Assembly: GCA_001655205.1 (NCBI GenBank)
Contig: LPNZ01003549.1
Location: 6,003-70,002, forward strand
Length of the DNA: 64,000 nt
Direction: 5' to 3'
DNA from: Lenisia limosa
Taxonomy: Eukaryota > Protista > Breviatea
Part shown: piece after piece, positions 36,701-48,685 of the stretch
How the letters are laid out: each line of letters opens with the position of its first letter
How positions within the stretch are numbered: the first letter of the stretch is position 1
Made by a program: the position numbers and the translations under genes
The notes under the pieces: generated by a model
Database searches by the model: none
What the model saw: only the letters and a program-made list of their open reading frames with translations
Told to the model about the DNA's origin: nothing

Positions 36701-39700
36701 ATGACATAACGGCAACGGTAGTCAGTCTGTCCAATGGGGGGGATGTTGCTCTGAAAGGTCACTTATTCGGTTACCTTACTCTTCGTCAGTCATGAGGTGG
36801 TTGATCAAAGGAGGTACAGAGTGAAGTGGTAGCATCGATTCCAAAACTTCGCGTGAACGCAACGACGCTTTATTACGCGCAAGCTAAAAGTGTTATTGTT
36901 TAATTTCCAAACCATTAAAAGGAAAGACTTCCTCCATCGCCTCTCTGACGTATACCCGACAACCAGTCCAACTAGAAACGAACCTGCAGAGCGTTAGCGG
37001 AAGGGGGGAAGCAAAAACAAAAAAAGACAAATCAACTCTATTGCCCAAAGATTTGACACACACGGGGGTTGAAAAAACCCCCCAAACAAATCCCAGTCCT
37101 GCAATAACAGGTCTTTCATCATTGGGTAAACAAGGAAAAACTTCAATGATAATTATGTAATGTATGTGCGTAAAACTATATAACTTGAACCAAATAATCT
37201 AAATTTTGAAACAAAGCAAATGACAAAAACAAATAATTACGAGAATTAATTGTTATATGCAGAATAACAGTGGGGGGGGGGGGGGNNNNNNNNNNNNNNN
37301 NNNNNNNNNNNNNNNNNNNNNNNNNNNNNNNNNNNNNNNNNNNNNNNNNNNNNNNNNNNNNNACGACGACGATGAAAACAGAAGGGCTACAAACGACACA
37401 AAATGTGATGCAAGAAATCCACCAAACGTCCACTAAAAGGATGAGATAAACTTTAAACCAACATTGAACGGAGTGCGGCCCATTGAAAAAAGCAACGGCT
37501 GTGCGAGGGATACCTGGCGGCAATGAGAACAAGGAGGTGCGGTGAATGAACATATTAATTGTATAATATATCATATCATATATTATTACTATATAGGTAC
37601 TATATGATATACTATATATCATATACGATATATAGCTTTTAGAATGGTGAACTGTTACACCGACTCCTTATATCATAACATATGATGTGGGTACAAGTAT
37701 ACTATATGAAGATATATATGATATAGACATTATTTCCAACCGAGACTCCTAGTCAATCATCACTACTCCAACATACAGCGGAAGCGAGGAATTCCGTTTG
37801 GTCAGGGTAATGTGCTAAATTAAAGACAAACTCAGCAGTGAGAGTACCAATAAGGCATGTTGTCAAGATCGGACCCACAATCTAACGCATTAGGCAAAAG
37901 AGCTCATCGACCAACATTGTATTTGGAGAGTAATTTGTTGGAGTGGATCAAGCCAGCCCAAATGACAAAGATAGTAACCTGGATAGCCTAAAGGGTTTAA
38001 TCGCAAATTGCTGCGAATGCTTACTGCCATGACAAGAATGAAGAATGCCCTTCCTTGTTCCAGCAAAATCATGAATTGTGCACTAGAAAGTGAGTTGGTA
38101 GTTGAGTAAATTTAAAGTCATGACGGCGTACCAACTCGCCGCTATCATGATGGGAAGAACAATTTTCAGAACTCTTCTGTTGCCTTTAGCGTAGTGAGAG
38201 AAAAACGGGGCCTCCAGTCTGAAAAGTGAGAACAAAGGAAGTCCCCACCCAGTTTGCGAGAACGCTAGTGGAAACGTTGAAATGAGTGGAAGAGAATTTG
38301 ACGACTCGGGTGCCATGTTACCGCTTGTCAAAATAACGGCCGACGCTGTATAGTCAAAAAGAAGTCAAGGCTTACATCCGAGGGTGGATGGGGTGATAGT
38401 GCACTGTGGGTCCAAGACACGCAAGTCTTCAAGGGGAAAACAGGGATTCTCTGAACGCATTGATATATCCAAACTACTCAATTAGTAAACACGGATATGG
38501 AATACCCATCTTCGTCCGAAGACGACACGACGTCAAAATCGCTTTCGTTGGGGTCAGACAGACATGAATCAGACACCACTTGCTCATTGCCGCGTTTGGG
38601 TACCGGCGGTGCTCGTGCCACTATCTCAGCTGCATCTACNNNNNNNNNNNNNNNNNNNNNNNNNNNNNNNNNNNNNNNNNNNNNNNNNNNNNNNNNNNNN
38701 NNNNNNNNNNNNNNNNNNNNNNNNNNNNNNNNNNNNNNNNNNNNNNNNNNNAAAGCTTCGACCGTTGATATGACTGAAGGGGACACAATAACAGATCCTG
38801 GGATACTACAATGTCAAATAAAGGAAGCACAAACCAAAAGTCAATCAGAGAATTTGCTAAATGAAGAGTTGAGCCGTAAACGCCAAACTGGAGACTCACC
38901 TGCCCAGTTAATCTTCCAGTGAAAAATGTGTGACATTGTTTGCAGTGTGTATTGAACTAGGTACATAATTACATACCATATGCATATATCATATGTAGTG
39001 TAGTCTCGCTTAAATAATAAATAGCTACTAAAAAAACAGTTTGTCATAGATTAATATAATAAGAGATATTAAGTTGCTACAAATAAAACAATATAATAAG
39101 AGATATTAAGTTGCTACAAATAAAACAATAATATCTAGAACAATCGTTACTTATAAATATCTAGTACAATAGCTACTTATAAATATCTACTATATGGATG
39201 GTACAATAGCTACTTATAAATATATATGGATGGTACAATAGATACTTATAAATATGCATATATATAGATGGTACAATAGTATACTTTATAATATTTTTGT
39301 TAATAAACCTCCAACTTGGCCAATAACTCCTGCCTGAAGGGGTCCGGTGTGAACCGCTATGCGACAAGCCTCAACATGACTAGAATCCTTCACCAAAGCC
39401 TGAAGGTTCTGGGCAAGGCGAAGACCTATTGCATGAATATTGTTGGGTTCCAACCATAAACCGCATGTGTGGACATCCTGCTCGGGCAGCCTGCTGTTGC
39501 AATGTACATCTGGTCCAAAGCAAGGACTAAAGTATTACGATTGCGCTTACATGTTCGTACAAACCAGGATGGCATGAAAGATGCTCTGCAGCTTCATCAA
39601 AAGCAGCATACAATGAATTGAGTGAGTTCAGCTAAACGGTGAAAAACACTCCAGAATAGCAGCATACTCTGCTCTGGTCGTCCAATTTCCTCGAAAACTG

Positions 39701-41100
39701 TACATTGCAGATGATGACTGTTGCCTTTGGAGTCAAATGATGAAAATATAAAAGAATGCAATGACATGAACTCACCAAAGGGTAATACTCGGAAACACTC
39801 AATCCATCTTTTAGATGACCAGCCAAGTGTGGCGGTATGAGGTTCGAAATCACTGTGTCAATGTGTTTTTTACTGAGAGCGACCTGCGAGTAAGTTCACT
39901 AACACAAAGACCACAGTACTCTTTTCTCATTGTGGAAAATCTTTAAGGATTGCTGGGTTTTCCGTTTATAGTAAATTGTTCCAATGACAACACAGAGGCC
40001 TTTATATCAGTAAATTTGGAATGGCAAAGCCTACCAAGCATAACAAACGCAAAGAGCGCCTTTGAAATATCCTCTGGTTTGTGGTTAAGAAAACCAAACT
40101 AAATTGTGATTTCTGTCCCAAGAGCTGGATGTACCAATGTAGTCCCTCCCCCCAACAATGAAAAAAAAGGAGGTGTCCACAATCACGAAGACGATAGCAC
40201 TGATGAAAGTATTTCCTGAAAAACCGAAACTGAGAATGACAAGAGCCATCAGAGTTCCAATGCTAATTTCGCTCCAGTAGCCAGACTTTGATTGGCTGGG
40301 CAATGAGACCAAAAACAGCCAACCTGAACATCAAAGTGGCAACCATGCCACGCAAACACCACATGGTTCCGACAGCCACTTGCCGCGGCCGTAGCCTCGC
40401 GATATAGGCTGACAGGAAGTTGCACACCACAATCGCCAGGAAAAGAAGGCGAAGGTACACCATGGGGTCTGAACAGTGATCATTAGAAACACTCCTACTG
40501 GTTACGGGTTCATCCGACATCAGTGCGTGAATAAAAGATACACCCAGCACTGCCAAATAGAAACTAGCTTGAGCTAAAGAAGACACCTGATGGGGAGGGG
40601 GGCGTTAACAAAATACACTCATTACAAATGAGCATAACAAACATGTGTACCATTAGGAGGCGAAAATAGGAACCCAAAATGTTAATTTGCGAATACGAGA
40701 AGCACGAACCTTATTTTCGAAGATTCTTGAAGACACAATGAGCTTGGCGGCCTCCTGTGCCCATGCGCTCGCAGCAAGCCCGGCCTTCCAGTCCTTCTCA
40801 TCACTCGTGTTGTCCAATTGCAATGGACTTGCCTTCATATCATTCAAGATGGGTGAGCCTATATATCATTATAACCGGACTGAGCCAACCAGTTCTTGCC
40901 GAGGTTGGAGCTGCAGAGGCGCGAAGACTGACCCGCATTGTCCCTTGCTTCTTGAGAGGGCCTTTTTCATTGTCTTCAATACCTATAGGTTTTGAAAACT
41001 CTGTCGGGACCACAAGAGTGACAGCTTTGGCAAGCGTCCGGAAGGATATCCGCGGTTTCACTGCGGATGAAACATGCTCAACTGCTTCGTCAACTGCCAT
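33762..41100 (-). CDS. Transmembrane adenylyl-cyclase-like protein (M1-C1-M2-C2) with degenerate catalytic sites and a probable long Pro/Ser-rich tail; spans two N-gaps
   Basis: Hydrophobic exons at about 40085-40590 and 37790-38330. C1: NLIPPHLAGHL, ATVIICNVQF, RIAVHTGPLQAGVIG. C2: VLESMLPLH, VAVMSCTIRNY, LLNHIYSLLD, FGVASGTAAAGVIG, MWGQAV. A phase-compatible intron (35680-35494) links to the 452-aa ORF, which has no ATG near its 5' end. Confidence 0.78.
39053..39290. repeat. AT-rich tandem repeat arrays inflating a cyclase intron
   Basis: AATATAATAAGAGATATTAAGTTGCTACAAATAAAAC occurs twice, followed by several TACAATAGCTACTTATAAATAT-type units. Confidence 0.85.
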
Positions 41101-41692
41101 GATAGAAATTCCTCAATGCATTGTCTCAGACGTAATTATTTATCAAGAGAAACTAATAAACCAATTGGAAGCAATAAGAGGGGCCTTGTCAAGTCCATTT
41201 CTTCCAATTTTGTTTCTTTGGAAGCCTTTCCCGCTCTTACTCTTATCAAAACACCCTACTAACACCAACCTTGCAACCTTGCACCAACACCAACCAAACA
41301 ACAACATTTTTCTTTTCTCATTTGTAAGGCGGGGTGGCGGCGGCGGGGCACCTATCTTATCCTCTCATTGTGAATTNNNNNNNNNNNNNNNNNNNNNNNN
41401 NNNNNNNNNNNNNNNNNNNNNNNNNNNNNNNNNNNNNNNNNNNNNNNNNNNNNNNNNNNNNNNNNNNNNNNNNNNNNNNNNNNNNNNNNNNNNNNNNNNN
41501 NNNNNNNNNNNNNNNNNNNNNNNNNNNNNNNNNNNNNNNNNNNNNNNNNNNNAACTGGATATATAGATATATTAATATATTATATCATATCGATATGTGG
41601 AATGTGACACCAGTAATAAACAAAAACACAAATCATACATCTCGACATCTCAACAATGAAATCAGCAAATTAGAACAAACAAACTTGTGATC

Positions 41693-44600
41693 CTAATAGG
41701 TTCGCTTCCTGGCGACCTTCCTTTGAAGGTCCAACTCCACGCGTGCCTCTTCCAACTCCTCGTCAGGCCGGTCGAGCCCGACAACTACTGAAATGTTCTC
41801 TTCAGTAAACATTGAAAACACTGGAACGGATCTGCATGTTGGGATCAAGCCAAGTTGCGCGGATTGTTCACTAAAAGGGTCACCCAAAAGAAGGTTTCCC
41901 AAAAAGACTGAATTTCTTAAATTGAATACTTTTTGAACGGAAGTGAATCCCATAATGGCGAAATCAAATCCCATCCGACCTTTCAATTGCTGCTGTACGT
42001 AGCTGTTCCAGTTTCGAATCCGCTTCACTAGCAAGCTATTTCGTAAGACTTATCCACCCATACTTTTTTCCTGTAGTTCACTATTCCGCCTTCATTAGCA
42101 ATGGCATCCAATAACCGCTGTTTTTGTTCCTGTGGCCCATACCGGGCCTCTGTGCCGTAGCTTCCATCCTCCTGCTGTTTGAGAGAGAAAAAAAAAAAAG
42201 GAGAGAGCACAAAAAGTCCACTGAGGAGGAAAAATCGATTCTTCGAATAAGGCATTTTTCTGCTTGCTTTTTGTGCAAAAATGTTATATACGTGTTCTTA
42301 AGCTGTATTCGAATGGATAAGATATTTCCCACTAACCCGTACTCCCAAGGAGATGAAGTTCTTTTCTTTAGCCTCTTCGCAGTTCTCACTGTCCATAAAG
42401 AGAACATCACCGTCGTTTTCATCATCCTAATCTTGTAAGTTCTCGAACAATAAGAATGATATGGAGATAAATTGTGATGAGAGCAGAAAAGAAACCTTGT
42501 TGAGGATGAAAAAAAAAAAAAAGTCACAGGGAAGTATTCTTCATACATAATATGAGTATATCATATGATACGTGTATGTACATTATGTAGAGAGTATATC
42601 TATTAGTATAGATATATCTTATATCATATGATATAGATATTCCAAATGTACATATGATATACTAATAGCAATAATACGAGCTCTGGGGCCCATTTGCATT
42701 AACAGAAGTGACACCGCAAGACCAAGGTAATTTTTCAATTTTCCTTCTGGTATCCCTTCCCTAGATTTCAAATGCATAAATTGGAGTGCCAAAGAGACGA
42801 GAACCGAGCAGTTTTAAGAAGCTACTCTGAAGGAGGTACTTAAAATTTGAGCTAAAATTTTTATTTGCCGAGTGAGCTAAATTTACGTAAAAACTTAAAC
42901 CCCGAGGGCTACCCAACTTTGTAAGAATCGAATAAGAGGTGCTATATAAAAATAGCCCTTTGTCTTTCCAGGTAACGTTTATGGTTTACTGAGAAAAACA
43001 AAACAAGAAAAAGGCCACGGCGAGAATCGAACTCGCGTTACTGGAATCAGAACCCAGGGTGATGACCATTACACTACGCAGCCGGTCGAAAAATATGGAA
43101 TTTTTTTTCAGAGTGGATCGAATACCAAAAAATCGGATTTCATGGTGCTTCTTAGCATTTATTGTTCTTTCAAAAGCTTCTTCGCGCTTAATTCAACTAA
43201 TTCTCAAAACTGGACCAGTGTTACACATAGGGTTATTGCCAATTTCCTTCTCTTTGTCTCCTCTTTGTTCTTTGTACAGACTGTTTCCCATCCCCTTTCC
43301 AATTAGTTGACTCAATACACCCAAAAAAACTTCTTAGCCCCCCCCCTCTCCTCGGTGCTCCCGAGGAACTACTCTCCATAACTCAGGAACTGTTCTCTGA
43401 AGAGAGCCTGTCAAAGGGCAAGCAGCGAGTTGGCTACTTGCACAAGCACCCACCACATTGTACGATTTCGTCTTTGTCTGCACTAGCCATGTTCCTTTTC
43501 GGATTCACATTTAAGTGTTTTCCTTTTACCCAATGGTGCTTCTTTGCGCCCCCATCCCCAATTCTCCCCTGGTGACTCTATCTTCCACATCTAGCTCTAA
43601 TCATTGTACTTTTTGTATAGATCGTTTCCTTTTCTTCTGAAACGTCTACACTTGCATTTTTTTTTTTTTTTTTTTTTGNNNNNNNNNNNNNNNNNNNNNN
43701 NNNNNNNNNNNNNNNNNNNNNNNNNNNNNNNNNNNNNNNNNNNNNNNNNNNNNNNNNNNNNNNNNNNNNNNNTCATCGTCATCGCCGCCGAAACTGTCTA
43801 TTGCCCCTTGCCGTATTGTCTTCGTCTTCGTCCTCGCTGCCGCCAGCGCCGCAACTGTCTGTTGCTTTGTTGTATTGTGTCCGTCTACGTCCTCGCTGCT
43901 GCCTATCGTCTTCGTCTTCGTTTCGCTACCACCGCTGCTGCCTATTGCCTTTTGCCGTATCTTCACCGCCGCAACTCTCTATTGCCCCTTGCCGTATTGT
44001 CTTCGTCTACGTCGCCGCCGCCGAAACTACCGCCGCCTTCACTTGATTGATACCTGGGTCCTCAATGGAGTGCTTCACTGGGTCGGTCTGTTCTTGGTGA
44101 GCACTGTTGTTCTCTTGGCCCGCCGCGATCGGTCCTATGTTTTGGGCCGTTTTCGCTTCCGCTTTGGCCGCCAAGGTTCGACGAGTGCAAGCATATAGCA
44201 CTTCGTAGGGTTTAGGGTACCCCCGTTTTTCTAGTTAGCATTCCCGCCGCCGCCACCTAATCATGTTGTTCTCTTTTCCCTTTTTTCTTGCTCCATTTAC
44301 TGGTAGTTTATGTGTTTGTGTTTTTCATTTTCGATATTCAATTTTTGTCCTTCCAAAACTTTTGATAACCTGTCCCCACTCCAAAGGGAGGACTCCCCAG
44401 CTCACATTTATGACGCAAATATTCCATTCCACTACTTAGCAGCCGGCCTAGTGCCCGAATTTAGTGACGAACTGAATTTTGTATCCCCTATTGAGGCAAT
44501 TTGCGCCCCCAAAAAGCTGTCAACAATCATCCTTGATGGCTCATACGAAATATGGAATATAAGGAACTCCCTTGCCTCGCACTAATCCAACAACCCAATC

Positions 44601-45684
44601 CACTCTCGGAATTCTCTTCCCCTCTCTATACAACCCTGAGGCTAGCCTAATTATTTTAGGGCAAGCCTTTTATTAAAGTGTTGGAAACATATTACTACTA
44701 TTACTTGCTTCCCCCTTCCCTGAAATTACACAGAGGTGTGACAGACTGAGCCTGGTTAGCCAGTACTCACCCAGCTGCGGCTGGGGTCTCCGAGCACCTA
44801 GTGTGACTCGAGGGGGTGGGCGCCGAGGAGCGTGGGCGCGGAGGTATGGTAATTTGTTGATGGTATCTCTATGTATTTTTTTGTTTCCCAGATTTTTAAT
44901 GTACTATATTATTTATCGTTCAAAAAAAATAAATATTTTTTTACTACGCCTTGCCAAGACCTCCCCTTGGTGTCCATCATCGCCACTAGTCGCCAAATTG
45001 TTGATTTTTTTTTTTTTTTTTTTTCNNNNNNNNNNNNNNNNNNNNNNNNNNNNNNNNNNNNNNNNNNNNNNNNNNNNNNNNNNNNNAAAGATGTCATCCC
45101 TCTCTAACTTTTAAATCATATTTATCAAGAGAACCAGGATTGTATGGATTTAGGTATTTCATGACTTTTGATGTGGCAAATTCCTTATTTTGATGTTCAA
45201 TGCATCTTATTTCTCTTTTCAAATGATTGTATCTTTCAATAACAATCAATTTGGACAGCAGAGGATAAATATCAAGCAATTTTTTAGAGGATCACCTTAA
45301 AAAGAAAAAACTTGTACAAGACACGGGTGTATTATATCTCGCTTCAATAGCGATAGAAACAAATTGTTTGAGCCCCCAAGAAGGGCGAACCCCAAGAAGA
45401 CCTCCCAAGCAAGAGTCTCTTGCATCCATCCCAATATCAAAACATCCTTCAAGCTCCCAACGCCAAGCCCCTCTTACCTCTATTGCTCTTGCTAAGTCTC
45501 GTTTTCGGATAAGTTCTCGCAAGTCGGAAATTGAAGGGAAATTTTTAATTTCAGCAGCCTCCGCCTCCTCAAGTCTAAAACCGTCAACACCATCTGAGAA
45601 TCTTCTATGGCTACATGGGAAGAGGAAGGCTGTCGAATAGTTCAAGGCGCTCCTCCGAATTGTCTGAAATGGATTTGAGACCAT
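41693..45684 (-). CDS. Unidentified multi-exon coding region(s); may be one gene, two genes, or an extension of TAF5
   Basis: Open exons with canonical splice sites at about 45660-45480, 45279-45110, 44870-44769, 44228-44056, 42430-42340, 42310-42230, 42175-42060 and 42040-41693. Not all phases could be reconciled, and N-gaps intervene. Confidence 0.4.
43012..43083 (-). tRNA. tRNA-Gln (anticodon CUG)
   Basis: GGCTGCG/CGTGGCC acceptor stem, TAGTGTAATGG A-box, CTGGG-TTCTGAT-TCCAG anticodon arm, GTTCGATTC B-box and a downstream T-run terminator. Confidence 0.95.
43773..44040. repeat. Degenerate GC-rich minisatellite next to an N-gap
   Basis: AACT(G/C)TCTATTGCCCCTTGCCGTATTGTCTTCGTCT(T/A)CGTC recurs near 43791 and 43973, with shuffled sub-units in between. 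Confidence 0.75.
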
Positions 45685-48303
45685 TGGGGATCATGCGCTG
45701 AAATGTAAGACTACTGGCTTGCTTGCAAACTCGAATCTCTTTTTCAAGAAGGTCAACTTCATCAGAGTCTTGCTCGCAAAAATGTGCGTCAGCTGCGGTC
45801 AGGCGCCTAAGAGTAATGGGAGGGGGTAAATGAACTCACAGTTTACAAGCACTGGCAATATCCCAGACTCTCATTGTAAAGTCCACGGCTCCAGAGAGTA
45901 TGACTCTTGATTGCTTATCAAAGCTCAGCGTTCGGATTTCCTGCGCAATTATACTACCCTAACACATACCGCCAAGTGTCCCGCTAGACTGGCAACATGT
46001 CTTCCTTCTTTGAAGTCCAGCAGTGTGACGACACCATCAACGCCACCACTTGCAATATACCTTCCATCTGGGCTACAGGCAAGAACAAGGGGGTTCGACT
46101 GCGCATTAAAATGGGTTTGAGGTAGCTTACCATGAGGGAGCTATAAGTTCTAACACACTGTCCAGTTTGAATTGCCCAAACACGAACGGTCTGTATGGTA
46201 AGAATTGAGCAAAATTGACATCGCTTACTCTATCAACTGATCCGGTGATCACGTAGTTGGAGTTTTGATGGAAGCAAATAGACTACACTATTAGGAGGAC
46301 AACAGAAGTCGGTCTCACCGTAATATCAGCAGTATGTCCGACAAAGAGACGAAGCGGCCGGTTTTGCGTTGTTGACCAAAGACGAGCAGTGTTGTCACGA
46401 CCTCCAGAAGCAAAATAGTAACCCTAATCATTATATGTCAAAGGTGTGCCTTACATGAGGTGAGAAAGCACAGCACCAAACAGGCATAATGTGCCCAACA
46501 AAATTCACAACACACATCTTTGACTCCATATTCCACAACTTGACTAAGGGATAAGAGGAAGGAAAGCAGAGCCCACTGATGCCGTCTTCTGAGCAAGAAA
46601 GAAGTAAAGAACCAGTTTTGTCAAATTCAAGTCCATGAATCGGTTTTCTGTGCCCTACAAGGCGATGCTGTGCCTGCTGGCTTTCAATAGCTAAACATAA
46701 CAATCAAAGAGTCGCTTACTCAATTTGCAATCTGAATCCATTCTTGGCATGAAAACCCGGATAATTCCATCTTCACCCCCAAAAGCAAGCCACTTGAAGT
46801 CTTTTGAAAGAGTTGCACACGTGGCACTAAGGAGTTATCAGTGATAGACTCTCAACTGTTTGCTCTGGTTGACGTTGTAGAGTCCGACTGGTGGAAGGGG
46901 CCGGTTTGTTCCAAGAACTCGACAATTTTCGCGTTCATTTTTAATTGCTTCAATTTCCTTAGCACTGTATCTAAAAAGATTACGTAGGCATTTTACAAAC
47001 AAATTAAGGAGACCAAGATCGGATCCGCAGTGGGGTGCTGGAGGGGGGCGCTCTTGCTGGTATAACTGTTTTTCTTCCTGAAAGATAAGCTAAGAAGATC
47101 TTATTCATTGTCTTTCAATTTGCCCAAACTCACATGATAGATAACTGGATCCTGAACTCCCCACTTGACTTCAATCTTGAGGGTGAATGAAAGAGTCTCA
47201 GAGAACAACAACAAAAAGAAATACGAACCCACTTGTTGATTTCTGATACTATGCTCATTCATGTGGCCAAATTTATCATAGTTAGGCAAATCATTAGAAG
47301 CTGAATAGATAAGCATACAAAGCTCCTGTACTCCTACTTTGAAATTCGATAAACTGGTTGACAATTGAAAACAAGGGAATCTAATGGTTAATCAGAATCA
47401 AGGGGAGTTGTGACATTTACCATATTCGCAGCACTGAGGTAACTGACAAGTAAGCTGTGTCCGATCTTTGTGATGGGAACCTGAACAGTTAATCTTTGGT
47501 GACACCTAGAACGGGCCCACAACAAAGCGTTGTTGGCGCCATCGATGTACCACGGTTTGTGGCGAGTCTTCAGGAGTTTTCTGTTTGTCACAAACAAGAG
47601 GATTGCCTACTTTCGGTTTGCCTCCCTCATGTGTTTCGGCTACCGGGAATGGATAAGAATGGAAATGAGCCGGGGTGTTCACACTCCTGAGCTTGGAGAT
47701 ATCATAGTCAAATACAATGTCATGCTCAGCTCCATATTTGCTCATCAGTATTTCAGCTAAAAGGTCAATTCATTGACAACAAACGTTCTTACCTTCATCA
47801 ACTCCCTTTTCAACAAGCTGCAGGTATGTTTGCACGAAAGTTGGGTATAGAAAGAGGCGAAACTCGGGCTAAAATATGTTAAAAACCTATACTATGCCAA
47901 CTTTATACTTGTCAATAGAAGAGTGGACCCAGTCATGAAGGTCTTTGTATAGATCAAAGAGTTGGCTTCCTTGGCGACGGTCACGTTCAGTGGTAGGTCC
48001 TGGAGGTATTAGGGAACTTGGACTGTGGTAGTGTTAAAGAAACCAACTTGGCTGTGTTGTCCGTGTCTTCACCTAAATAAATTAGACAGTTCATAGATTG
48101 ATCATCCCTCTTACTTCAGCAATGGCAGAATTAATTTTATTGCATATCTCTTTTTGGCCTGAAGCATTCAAGAAATCTTGAATGCTTTTGAGTGTTTGAG
48201 GATCATAGTCGGCAGGCAGGTTCAAAGGAGCGAGAGGTTTAGGGGAAGCCGTTCGATTAATAGGTGGAGCTGACTGGGCTTGGGAAATGTATGTACTCAT
48301 CAT
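45611..48303 (-). CDS. TAF5: TFIID subunit TAF5-like (N-terminal domain plus WD40 repeats); both ends uncertain
   Basis: LVGHRKPIHGLEF, VNFVGHIMPVWCCAFSP, YFASGGRDNTARLWST, LRLFVGHTAD, NYVITGSVD, the TAF5-type WD40 series. Upstream exons resemble the TAF5 NTD2 region. Confidence 0.8.
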
Positions 48304-48685
48304 ATATTTTCTTATTTTAGTACTGTGCAAATTCTAGATAACTCACTCATGCATATGTCGTCAATGCAGGTGCAATTTGGGAATTTGGGTGCAATGCAGG
48401 AAATAGCAGAGGATTGTAGCGAAACTGGTTCCCCGGTCCAACCGTGGGTCTAAATCTTTGGACTGGGGACCCGGCTCGTGGAAGGAAAGATCAGACCACA
48501 GTCGCTGCCGGGGTTTTTCAATTTTCATTTTCTTGCGCTTGTTTCAGCTTGTTCTGGTCAGTTTCTTGTTTCTTTTCAGTTTCTTTTAGTTCTTTAGGAT
48601 TGTTGAGTTCTTTTTCAGTCTCTTTAGTGTCTAGAAGAGAGTAATCATTTTCCTCTAGTCATTTTTTTTTGCAGGAAGGACAGAC

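Noticed and set aside
40757-41566. 269-aa plus-strand ORF
   Set aside because: It is antisense to the first cyclase exons and inflated by an N-gap.
44655-44800. U5 snRNA loop-like GCCTTTTATTAAAG and a CCCAGC/GCTGGG hairpin
   Set aside because: The U5 closing stem and Sm site are absent, and the hairpin overlaps a minus-strand exon end with a canonical GTGAGT donor.
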